Below are positions 12,963 to 24,102 of a stretch of DNA of 64,000 nucleotides, piece by piece (positions within the stretch are counted from its first letter, which is position 1; the number at the start of each line of letters is the position of its first letter). Made by a program: the position numbers and the translations under genes. Under the pieces are notes generated by a model. That model saw only the letters and a list, made by a program, of their open reading frames with translations. It was not told where the DNA came from and searched no databases. The DNA lies in NCBI GenBank assembly GCA_022605425.2, contig JAKIMF020000013.1, forward strand, positions 62,001-126,000, in the 5' to 3' direction. This DNA comes from Hamiltosporidium tvaerminnensis FI-OER-3-3 (Eukaryota > Fungi > Microsporidia).

Positions 12963-14461
12963 CTTCATATGATAATATCTCCAAGTATATATATTGGATG
13001 TATTTTACTCGAATAAAAAATTATTTAAAATTAACAGAAAACCATTCTATTTGGTGGTATGAAAATAGCATTTCAATCACATTTAAAAGTAGTTAGTATA
13101 CACATCCAGAAAATCTATGACAAAATAGGATTTCTTTATATGGAATACTCTATGAATCAATGGATTTTATTAAAGCAAAAAAACAAAATTTGTAATTATA
13201 TAAAATTTTGTACTTATAGTAAATGAAGTACTCGGTTCCGAGTAATGAAATTAACAAATTTAATAATTATTTCGTATAACCTTAAGATGTAGGAGAAACA
13301 GAAAAAAAAGACCTTCGTAAATAAATTATCCTTTCCCTGTCTTTCTAACACGCTAGTATAAGCAGAAAATACATCGATTATCGTATAATTATAAAGAATA
13401 TTCTTTAACATAAGAAAATGGGGAAAAATAAATTTAAATGAAACTGAATACTTTACTCGTAAAGGCTATATAAGTTTCTCTGTTACCTGATAAAAATATT
13501 TTCTTGCGAATAAATCTTTTGAAGCAGTTTTTTTACCTTAACTGACTTATAAAAAGTGTTTATAGTAATTTAATAAAGAGAATATTGAATTATTGCATTC
13601 GATTTTTTCAAATATATTTATGATAGAAATTTAGATATGATATATATTTTGAAGGCAAAAGGTTTAGATTTCACTTTATTTTTTTGAATCATAAAATCTA
13701 TGGAAAAGTAACTTATTTGCTAATGTTTTATGTATCTTATTCATGGATTTAGTAAAGAAGTAATCGCATGCGTTATAACCATGGATAGTTTTGTAACCAA
13801 ATGCCTAAAATATGTCTTAAAAAACTTCAAATGTCAAAAAAAACCGAGATTAATATTCAGCTATTAAAACTTCAAAAACAGTTGGAAACTTATTTGTGTT
13901 TGAATAATGTTTGACGCGAAAATCAAATGCTGATGAGCACTAAAAAAATGCATCTCTGGATATAATACAAGGTACCGAGTGAAACAAATATCCCATATAT
14001 CTACTACTCGTATACTATATTTTGAAGAGGGTTTATATTAAACAGCTAAAAGATCATTTAATCCAAAGTGTAGATTAAGTGATAAAATCGAAGTATTATT
14101 TCAGAATCTAATAAAGAGGCAAATATAAAGGGTAAATTAAAAAAAACAAGACACAAAAGGCGCAGAAATACTCCGATTTTCAATAATATTATAAGCTACA
14201 AATACTTTTAATCACAATTATTTCTACAAAATATTCAAAAATTTTTATGCTCTGTTCATTTTTGCGTATTTTTCCATTGTTACATTATTCATGTCGTAAA
14301 TCAAATTATTTTACTCATTAAACGTTATATTCAATATGATATATATTTTGTAAGAAATTCTAGTCAATTGATAAATAAATGACATTTTTAAAACCTTCTA
14401 GTTGAAAATTATAATATTATTTTACACAGCTATCAGATTTTATATCGTTTGAAAAATATTA

Positions 14462-15105
14462 ATTCAGTTCTAGGTTTTACGTACAACCGCTCTCCAATTA
14501 CTCCGTCAGTATCCTTAAACTACTGAATCACAAACCCTTTCATCTAAAAGGGAGATAGCACTTGATTGTTTGGTGAAGAAGTTTTCCAGATTTTGTTAGT
14601 GTACATTGCATAGGATGTGATCGCAGTACGAAACTCACCCTGGGCTTCCCTAAGACTATCCAAGATTTACGCTTGCTCTACTATTTCTGAACCCAATAAA
14701 CATCCAGCCAGGATACATTTCAGCGACTTATATGGGGTATACCTGACATGCAGTGCTACATCAACAAGTATAACCTGCTATTTAGCTCTCCTGGCTTTAA
14801 ATAATTTGATTTTGGTATCTCCCGGGTGTCCGTTTTTCTAACCCGAGGACGCAAGGCTAAGTTTCTATACTTTTACATATAAATTCTCATCAGGTTCAAA
14901 TGTGGTCTTCGAGCTGATTACTTAAAAAAGTACAAAATAGATTTGTAGAAAAGTTGAACCATTTCATAGATTTTTTCCTCACAACAACTCCTATGAAACA
15001 AATGAAAATATTATGTGCTTATATTTCAACCAAAAATATAAACAATGATGGCATCCATCAATTCACCTATTCATTAGCAAACAAGAAAGTTTTAATTGTG
15101 GTATT
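14462..15105 (-). mobile_element. Dispersed ~650-bp non-coding element, copy A (SINE or structured-RNA candidate)
   Basis: Reverse complement aligns along its length with 45440..46090 (CTCGGGTTAGAA, AAAGCCAGGA.AGCTAA.TAGCAGGTTATAC, GTTTATTGGGTTCAGAAA). More GC-rich than flanks; no shared reading frame. Strand inferred from the LINE-like tail. Confidence 0.7.
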
Positions 15106-15522
15106 TTTATTCATCATGGATTTAGAATGCTGAGATTTTTAGGCATCTTTTCAACTTAATCGAACTATTAAAGCAAATATATTCGCACAAACTTCAGCTG
15201 AAGAATAATTAAAGGTGATCTTTTCTTTTCATTTAAGTTATGATTAAAACTGAAGATTTCGATCCTAAAATGATTAGATACCTCTTGTTTCGAAAAAAAG
15301 ATCTAATTCCACTGCAAATAAAAGATTAAATCAAAACAACTTTTATGTTCAGGTTTCTATAAAAGAAGCTCATCTATTAAATATCTTGTTCAAACCTTTT
15401 TTAGTCTTATTAAATAATAAATATATTTTTATTTACTAAATTCTGATTTAAAAATGGTTTCTATCTCTTATATTTCCTACTACGTTGTATTTTCGACTTT
15501 CAAACCGTTTCTTTATTTATAT

Positions 15523-15738
15523 ATATGTTCGGTTTCTCCGATGCTTTTAAAGTTTATTAATAGGTCCTAGTATTTATCTTTACTTTTTTATTTTAAATAT
15601 GTTCGGTTTCTCCGATGCTTTTAAAGTTTATTAATAGGTCCTAGTATTTATCTTTACTTTTTTATTTTAAATATGTTCGGTTTCTCCGATGCTTTTAAAG
15701 TTTATTAATAGGTCCTAGTATTTATCTTTACTTTTTTA
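15523..15738. repeat. Tandem repeat, ~3 x 74 bp, near-perfect
   Basis: GTTCGGTTTCTCCGATGC recurs at 15527, 15601 and 15675. Confidence 0.95.
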
Positions 15739-16006
15739 ACTAAATCTTCTTGGTTAATTGACTTTCTAAAAAAATATATTGATTTTTCATCCTTCACTAT
15801 CTATTATAAAACCTATTAACACGCTCTTTAAACTTTATTTTCCTCAAAGCATTCAAATTTGTAATTTAAAATCAAAAATTTTTAACTAAAATACTAAAAA
15901 TACATTCTAAGACACATTCAAAACTTCAAATTAAAAAATTGAATTAATATGAAGAAATAAAACCGTAAAACAAAAATAAAAAGATTATAAGAGATTTATA
16001 GTTTTA

Positions 16007-17416
16007 TTACAAATATTTAACTAAAATATCGTTGTCACCGCTCTGAATATCAATACTATTTTCACTTGCCAAATGTAACAAACTAATTATACAATAATGA
16101 ACCGAAATATCTTTTTTCTCAATTTCATCATAACTATCCTTGATTTCACTATAAATATCACTCAAACGAGCTATTTTGTTTTTCTCAACATTAAAATAAA
16201 CTTTGTCTTTTAATTTTTTAATGTCTACTTTTTTTTGTGTTCGGTTGTATTTTGATATTAAATTTTCTATTATGTCTTTACGTTCTGTAGGTGGAATATC
16301 AACAACTATTTCTTCTTTAAGATCTTCTTTTATGAATGAAACTGCTGTTATTTCAGTATTGGTGGTTATATTACCACAAATAGAAGTATCATTGATTTCT
16401 AAATTGTTGTTTGTATAGAAAGAACCTTCTCGTACAGCATATTTATAAATATCTTCGGTATTTATTTTATAATCATTAGGAAGTAATGGCTTATCTTCTC
16501 TTCTTCTAGAAATATAAGAAGCATCAAATATTGTATTTGCTTTTTCTAGAATATTTGTAGAAATTTTTATAGAAAAATTTAAAAGATTTTTTTGTGTCGG
16601 TTTTCTTGCTTTTGTTTTTTTAGAAATTGAAGATTTCCAATGTTCAGGGCCAGCCCAAGCATTTAATGAATTTGAGCTGGTGATTAGAGGTGGATTGTTG
16701 GTTTCTGAGATCGATTCATTGAAATCATTATTAAACTCAGTACTGAAATCGTTTTGAAAATCATTTTCAAAATTTACATTTTCAGCTTTATTTTCTATTA
16801 AATCTTCTCGATTCTCTAGACCTGTATAATGAGTAGAAATTCTTTTAACCGAATGGTTTTGAATGTCTTTAATAGACGGACAAATAGGAAAATCACATTC
16901 TTCAAGATTTAAAGGGTATTCCTTGGTTTCTAAAATAACATTTTCGTCAAAAATATTTTCATCAAGAGAAAGATTTTGAATACCGTGTGAAGAAATAAAA
17001 ATATAATCAAGTAAGAGTCTGTGTGCAGTTTTTCTACACGAAATTTTAAATAATTTTGTTTGATTTATTTGTTCAGATAATTTTATATTCAAATTTTCTA
17101 CATCTTTTTCTATAAAATTTTGTCTTTTAGATCTTTGACGATTTTTTGTATTATCTTTGCCATCAGAATCAATTTCATCATCTAAGTGTTCAAGAAGCTT
17201 ATTTGTATTCTCTGATACATCATCTACACGTGTGGAAAACTCTTTAACAGCACCATCTAATGTAGATGATGCCATCTGAAAATTTAAACCATTGTTTTCT
17301 ATAAACTGGTTTACATCAGCCAAATACTCAATTATATTTGATTTCCATGTATTTTTTGTTGTTATTTTGTTTTCTGCTGCTGCTTTTAACCAAGTATGAA
17401 GATTTGATTGTACCAT
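16007..17416 (-). CDS. BRN1: Condensin I kleisin subunit (Brn1/Cnd2/CAP-H)
   Basis: ENKITTKNTW, NFQMASSTLDGAVKEFSTRVDDV, AWAGPEHWK, KKVDIKKLK and CIISLLHLASEN are Barren-family motifs; CCC 3-5 nt upstream of the ATG. Confidence 0.93.
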   Translation of the reverse strand: MVQSNLHTWLKAAAENKITTKNTWKSNIIEYLADVNQFIENNGLNFQMASSTLDGAVKEFSTRVDDVSENTNKLLEHLDDEIDSDGKDNTKNRQRSKRQNFIEKDVENLNIKLSEQINQTKLFKISCRKTAHRLLLDYIFISSHGIQNLSLDENIFDENVILETKEYPLNLEECDFPICPSIKDIQNHSVKRISTHYTGLENREDLIENKAENVNFENDFQNDFSTEFNNDFNESISETNNPPLITSSNSLNAWAGPEHWKSSISKKTKARKPTQKNLLNFSIKISTNILEKANTIFDASYISRRREDKPLLPNDYKINTEDIYKYAVREGSFYTNNNLEINDTSICGNITTNTEITAVSFIKEDLKEEIVVDIPPTERKDIIENLISKYNRTQKKVDIKKLKDKVYFNVEKNKIARLSDIYSEIKDSYDEIEKKDISVHYCIISLLHLASENSIDIQSGDNDILVKYL

Positions 17417-18739
17417 AAGGGTTGTATTTATTATTATAATTTAAAAGAAATCTTACTTTAAATACTTTCTTTGTCAGAGTAGAAGAGAAAAAAAAATTAA
17501 AAAAAAAATTAAAGAAAATATTTAACCTGGAATTTAAAAAACCATTTAAATGCTTTTTCTTTTTTAAAAAATGTTATTTCTTCAAATCTGCGAATCCGTG
17601 TCTGATTTGATTCAAATTTTCGAAATCTAAAATAAAAGAACCAAAGTATGTTAATAATGAGGTAAGTCTTATTTATAATAATTGCAATGAAAAAGTGACT
17701 TTGTGATATTCCTGTAACCTATATTTTATCAGCCTTAGAATAAGCATCTCAAAATAATTAAAGTACCAGTAAGAAAAAAAACATACATTCAGTTGATAGT
17801 ATAATAAGATAAATATTTTATTGTTTTTTTATTTAAAAAAACAATCATTATTAAATTTAAAATGGCTTTTGAAAAATATTCAGTATTCAATTGAAATGAA
17901 AAAGGAATTTTTTTTTCTTGTTTCATCAAACACGAATAAATCTTTGTTAAATAAATATTTGAATTGTAATAAACAATTATCTCCAATTATAAGTCGTAAA
18001 ATATAGGAAAAAATGAAGATTTTTAAATATTTGAAAAACTGAAACCGTTTTTTGATACAAAAAAATCTTTAGAATAAAATTTTGCTCTTAAAATATTTTT
18101 TTGTTTCTTTGATACGTAACAAAAATATTTTTATAAAATTCTTCGTATTTTTGACAAACTTTTTATTCATAAAAAAAGTCATTAAAATGTTTTTGAGACA
18201 ACTAAAAAAAATTCCTAAAATTAGATTTTTGTTAATAAATAGAATAAAATAACTGAAAAACCATATTTTAAAAAGTTTTAAACAAATTCAAACTCTGTTA
18301 AAATTTAAATCTATAATTTAAAATAAAAACACAAGTAGAGTAATTTAAACATATATCCGTAATAAAAATAAAATTTATTTAAATAGAAAGAAACATTCAA
18401 ACTCTATTAAAACAGCTGAATCTAAATTTTAAACGTAATTTTATTAATAATTCAATCTATTTCTATCAAAAAGGTGTATTATTTTTTTTAAAAAAAGAAA
18501 TATAGTGAATTTAATTAATATAAATAAATAAAATTTATTTCTAAATTTAATTATTAACTTATTACATTATGTTTTTATCTTAACTCATAAGATTTTAATT
18601 TAAATATAAATTTTTTTTTAAAGATATTCAAGTTTTAGTGATAGGAAAGATTTTTTTCAATAAATAAACTATTTACATATTTAGATATTAAATAAATTGG
18701 AAATTTAACTATTTATATACTAAATTTATTACTCTAAAA

Positions 18740-19345
18740 ATGAATACGTTTTTAATCTATTCATTACTAATATTTACAATGACCCAGGCAATGATTGTAT
18801 TTGATTTGAATGGTGTATTGATGAAAAGATTAAATAAAGCGAAAAGTAAAGAAATAAAAGAAATTGAAACTAATAATGTAATGCGAGATATAACTCTTAA
18901 CAGTTCTGTGGTGTTTTTGAGACCAAATTTTGAAGAACTAATTTTATTTTTGCGAAAGCACAAAGCAAGATATATTGGATGGACAACGGCTATTAGTTCA
19001 ACGGTGGAAGAACTTAAATTACATTTGAAGGGATGGGGATTTGAATTTGAAGATATTTTATCTCAAGAATATTGTGATGTAGGTGGTGTCAGGCCACCAG
19101 ATATAAAATCTGAAAAGTGGATAAAAAATTTAAATATTGTGGCTGAAAAATATAAATGCTCACTAAAAGATTGTGTTTTGGTGGATGACAGCAGAAATAA
19201 ATCAGTAGAAGGACAAAATTTTATAAATGTGGCTGAATACAATCCTTTAAGTAATAAAGAGGATCAATATTTAAAAGAATTGTGCGTAGCTCTCCATGAC
19301 TACGTACAATGTAATGATGATGATTGCGAATATAAGAAAAAGTAA
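18740..19345 (+). CDS. FCP1/NIF-type HAD phosphatase-like protein with predicted signal peptide
   Basis: VFDLNGVL, FLRP, WTTA, SQEYC, KNL and LVDDS motifs; 17-aa hydrophobic leader ending TQA. Confidence 0.85.
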   Translation: MNTFLIYSLLIFTMTQAMIVFDLNGVLMKRLNKAKSKEIKEIETNNVMRDITLNSSVVFLRPNFEELILFLRKHKARYIGWTTAISSTVEELKLHLKGWGFEFEDILSQEYCDVGGVRPPDIKSEKWIKNLNIVAEKYKCSLKDCVLVDDSRNKSVEGQNFINVAEYNPLSNKEDQYLKELCVALHDYVQCNDDDCEYKKK

Positions 19346-19777
19346 ATAAAAAGCAACTTACAATTCTTTCTTCTTTGTATTTAAATTTTAATCTTTTAAA
19401 AGAATAACTGTTGATTTGATTTTTAATCTTCGAAAAAATTATATCTTTGAATATTTTATTTTGATATTTTATGTCGTATCCATAACTTATTATAGAGTGT
19501 TTTGTGGCATTTGAAGCAAAATGGAACACCAAACAACATAAATTAAAGCTATTTACATAGTTTTGGATTGTCTCCTATCTTCTTAAAATTTGTAAAAAAA
19601 AATTGCTTAAACAGTGCAGAAAATTTAAAAATAATTTCTTAAGGTAAGAAGACGGAGCATTTATTTCAAATTAATATCAATTAAATGTATTTTGTCTTTT
19701 TTTTGTATTAACTTGTATTTTCGAATTTTTTCAATTTATCAAAAAATAAGAAAAATAAGAAAAATAAAACTAAGAGA

Positions 19778-20414
19778 TGTATAGTTTTGTTTTGACCATA
19801 ACTTATTTAAATAACAAAAAATACTATAAAATACAAAATAAAATGGAAAGTAAAACCCAAAATTAATATAAATAAGAGAAATTAAACTCTTTTATTTTAA
19901 TTGATTATACTCTTGATAATTCTCTAAAATATTTTTTTCCATAATACCACTTCATTCTTTAAATTTAGGTGAAAGAATAACAACCAATAAAATCTAAGAT
20001 AGTCAAATAACAGCCCAGAACGTAATAATGATGTCTTCTTTGTACTTTTGTTTGCTAAAAGCTCTTTCAAAAAAGATAATATCTTAAGATAAAAACGCGA
20101 TTTCGTTAGATGAACATCAGCATTTCGTTTCATTTTTAAAAGATACTTACTTGTATTCGTGTCTATGACGGTTGATACTATCTCGGTCCTTTATACTAGC
20201 CCAGTAATTACAGACACTACTGAATTGATTTATGTTGCAGCAAAATGGTTTGAAATGTTTTTGATAGCTAAATATGTTTTACCGCCAATTCTTAAAATTT
20301 AAAAAAAATATTTTTTGAGCCTCTATAAATCTATCAATTGCTTTCGAGATCGCATAGCTCATTTTAGCATTGTTTTTTGAGTAAGTAATGGATAAAGAGA
20401 GTGTTAGTGATACG
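19778..20414 (-). mobile_element. Internally deleted non-autonomous relative of the Ginger-like element at 4359..6037
   Basis: 19778-20140 aligns with 4359-4740 (TACTCTTGATA, AAAGCTCT, TGAACATCAG). 20240-20414 aligns with 5860-6037 (CCGCCAATTCTT, ATCGCATAG, AGTAAGTAAT). Confidence 0.8.
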
Positions 20415-22444
20415 AAATTTTATATTGATCAACAATATTCCATTCATTTTTTATATTTTTCACATTAAAAATTTGAAAAAAAACATTTACTTACAACTTA
20501 TTCCATTTCTCTTTTACCAAACAAAGTCGAGGATAACCAAATAAAATTTTTCTATTTGTTTCTTTTAATCTGTTATAACTCGAAATTATAGAGCATTTGC
20601 CTATAGATCTGGTGTAATTTATATACTACCAAAATGGCGACAATGATTTTTACTTCAATTCTACATTTTCGTTGCCAATCAGATAGTTTTTAATGTGATA
20701 TCTTCTCTTCCATTGAACAAATAGATACAAATTAAAAAAATTATAATATTAAAAACATCATGAAGGTTTGACAAGCTAATAACTACTATTATGACAAATA
20801 AACTCTTAATAAAATATTGTTTCTATCATTATAAGTGTTCTAGAGTTTATAACCGGTGATTGATTTATTGTATTACATTTTATTCTTAATTTAAGTCAAA
20901 TTGTTTAAAGATTTATTTTTGATATTCAAATTTGTCTAAAACATAAAAAACGCATCATTAAAAGTATTTTTCTTGCAAAGAAAGTAATATGAATATGATA
21001 GCTGTTTGCTTTTTGGTAAATTTCAATCAAAAATATATGGGTTTTATTGCACAAGAGTTGCATATTTCCCATCGACTCATGTATTTTTTTTGGCAAATAA
21101 AGCAATAATTTCATAAATTATTTACGTTGATTTTAATAATTCGCTTAGAATTTTTGATCCAAAAATATTTCTAGCAGTCAAATTGAAGATTTCGAACGAT
21201 CTACAGATATAAATAAATCTTTAGATCAAAAAAAACCATAATTCCTTGGTATTTTTGTGTATAAATTGAAAAAAAAAACTTTGAATGTGTAATACATGTA
21301 AAGGATTTACCCAAATAAGTTCTTTGTTCCATATATTAAGGCAAATATATAAAACATTTTAAGTAAATGTTGATTTCGATCGTTTTTCTATATTAAAAGT
21401 TTAATTCTTAAGTTTCTAAGAAATCCATAAGTCAAATAATTTTATAGTTTTTTTGTAAAATTTAGATTGTCATTTCTAGTAAAACAATATATATTAGCAA
21501 AATATTTTTTCCTAACCCTTTTTTTTCTAAAGCATTACTTTGGTTCTCAACACAATTTTATAGTTTTTTTTAATATAATATGATTCCTCATTTTGATTAC
21601 ACGATAATTTTAAAATATAGAATTTTTCTTTTGAAATTATATTTCTATTATGTAAATCAAAGAAATACTTTAATTAATCAGTCAATTTACTCGAATATAA
21701 GGTAAATACTTTCTTTATATTCAAGGAAGTATTCTTTTATATTTTTCAATTGATAAAAGAATGACCGATAGAAATAATTATTGAAAAATTAGATTCTTTA
21801 ACATATTTTAGCTTTCATAATAAAGATATACAATAAATATTGATTAACAGAATTATTTTTTAAAAAAAATATTCGAAAGAACTTATTTTACTTCGTAATA
21901 TTATAGACACTAATAAATCTTTTAAAAAAAGGTTCTAATCAAATTTATCTTTCAAAAGAAATTCAAATATTAGGTTTAGTTTTATTATCTTGGCTTGAAT
22001 ATCTTAGAAGTTGTAGATTACAGATAACATACATGATTTTATTTTCATATTATCAGAGTTTTCTTTAAATACATTAAATATATAAATATGACTTGTTTAG
22101 TTACAAGTAAGTTCTACTTTCTAGGTTTTTTATTTATTTGAAAAATTTGAAGTGAATCTTGGGAAGTAATTCCGATTTAAATTAGTGTTTTCTTATTTAG
22201 TTTAAACAAAATTAAAATTATCGAAGAAGTCGTAAATCTTTTATTTTTAAAAATTCAGGGGTAAAAACATTTTCATCCTTTTTTACATTTTCATCCTTTT
22301 ATACACTTTCATTCTTTTTTAAATTTTCATCCTTTTATACATTTTTTTTAACCTCATTACTCATCATCTTTTCAGCTTCTAAATCTGACATAAATCTTTA
22401 AAATATATTTTTTTAAAAGAAACATCAGATTTAAAATTACCCAA

Positions 22445-22873
22445 ATGAAATTCGGCACACACGAAATACCTGAAGATCACATAATATTCAAAACAAAATA
22501 TTCTTTTGTATTTACAAACATTCGACCTTTTCTACCAAATCATTTACTGGTATCGCCTATAGCAGAAAAAATGCGTATTTCTGAATTAACCAAAGAAGAA
22601 AACGAAGATATTTTTGAAACAGTTAGAAATATAACCACTGTTCTTTCTAAAATTTACGAAGGATTTACTATAAATGTGCAGGATGGAGTATCAGCAGGAC
22701 AAAAAGTTTTACATGTTCATGTACATGTTGTACCACGAAAAAACAAAGATTTGAAATATAATGATGATATTTATAAAGAAGGAGCACTCGATTATGAAAG
22801 AGTTGAAAGAAGTTATGAAGAAATGAAACAAGAAACTTTATATTTACGGTCGTTGTTTAAAAAATATATTTAA
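22445..22873 (+). CDS. HNT2: Fhit-branch HIT hydrolase (diadenosine polyphosphatase)
   Basis: MKFG..., NIRPFLPNHLLVSP, QDGVSAGQKVLHVHVHVVPR, NDDIY, RSYEEM; CCC at 22440-22442. Confidence 0.93.
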   Translation: MKFGTHEIPEDHIIFKTKYSFVFTNIRPFLPNHLLVSPIAEKMRISELTKEENEDIFETVRNITTVLSKIYEGFTINVQDGVSAGQKVLHVHVHVVPRKNKDLKYNDDIYKEGALDYERVERSYEEMKQETLYLRSLFKKYI

Positions 22874-23381
22874 AATTTAATTTTCCTACAATCAAAAACT
22901 TTTATAATTCTTTTCTTTACAAAAACGATAAATTATATTTAAATTAAAAATATTTTCTTAAATTTTTTTATTAATTAAATTAAAAAAAACCGATTTTAAA
23001 TCTTTTTTTCTTATTAAAGAGTATTTTCCTCATTTTTGGAGTATTTTTCTTTATAAATTAATTTTGAATTTATATTTTTTTCTGTTTAAATTCTTAGTTA
23101 AAAATACTTTTTTAACCTTTTTTTATCTTTTGCCTTTTACTGCTTCTAAACTAGGTTCTATTCATTAAGTTATCCTTGAAAATGCTTTTTTTGTATCTCT
23201 TCTTCTACTACTTCTTGTAAATATAGAATTTTATTAAATTTTCAGCCGAAAATGTTTTCTATTCCCTTCTCTTTTGTATCTCTTCTTCTACCTCTTGTAA
23301 ATATAAAATTTCAGTTATTAAATTTTTTTCACTTTTTTAATTCTCTTTTTCTTCTTTCAATCACCCCAATTTTTATATTCA

Positions 23382-23870
23382 ATGAAACAATCTTTTACAA
23401 TCAATGACATACCACAAATTCTTAAATCTCTAACCGATAAACAAATTTACATTGAAAATTTTACTACTGAACAGATTTTTTACCAACTAAAAGATATAAC
23501 AGATGAAATAATAAAAGAAACAGAAATATTTATTAAAGAAACTGAAACACTTTCTTCAAATTCTTTTTTAAATTTTATAAATAGTACTAACCAACTTGAC
23601 TGTAAACAATCACTAAATGAAGAAAATAACCACAATATACCCATCAATCACAATTCTAATGAAACAATAGAATCAAACGAACATAAATCGTTTGAAAAAA
23701 CAAATCACGAGTCCAATGAAGAAACAGATAAATTAATTAAGAAAAATAAAATAGAAAATTTATTAAATAAAAAAACAGCAAAAGAAATTTTAAATTTCTT
23801 AGATGAAGAAGTAGAATGTTCTATTTCTACCGATAACAGTATATCATCTACATATCTTAACGATTATTAA
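23382..23870 (+). CDS. Protein resembling the N-terminal part of U3 snoRNP protein Mpp10
   Basis: IYIENFTTEQIFYQL resembles the recalled Mpp10 N-terminal motif (L.I.NFD.EQIWQQL), followed by an acidic region; CCCC upstream and AATAAA at the stop. Confidence 0.65.
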   Translation: MKQSFTINDIPQILKSLTDKQIYIENFTTEQIFYQLKDITDEIIKETEIFIKETETLSSNSFLNFINSTNQLDCKQSLNEENNHNIPINHNSNETIESNEHKSFEKTNHESNEETDKLIKKNKIENLLNKKTAKEILNFLDEEVECSISTDNSISSTYLNDY

Positions 23871-24102
23871 ATAAATTAAAAATTATTTATTTTTCTTTAT
23901 TTATATTCTATTGTTTTATACTTTATTTCAAATATATGGTTTGATTCTATCTTTCTCCTTTATACTTATTTATTTATTTATTTATTTATTTTTAATTTAA
24001 TTAATTTAATTAATATTTTATTCAAATATATTTTTTATAATCTATTCTACTTACTTATTTATTAATTGATTACTTTACTTATTTATTTATTTATTTATTT
24101 TT

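Noticed and set aside
15523-15738. Regularly spaced repeats as a CRISPR array
   Set aside because: Units are contiguous and identical with no unique spacers; eukaryotic context and no cas genes.
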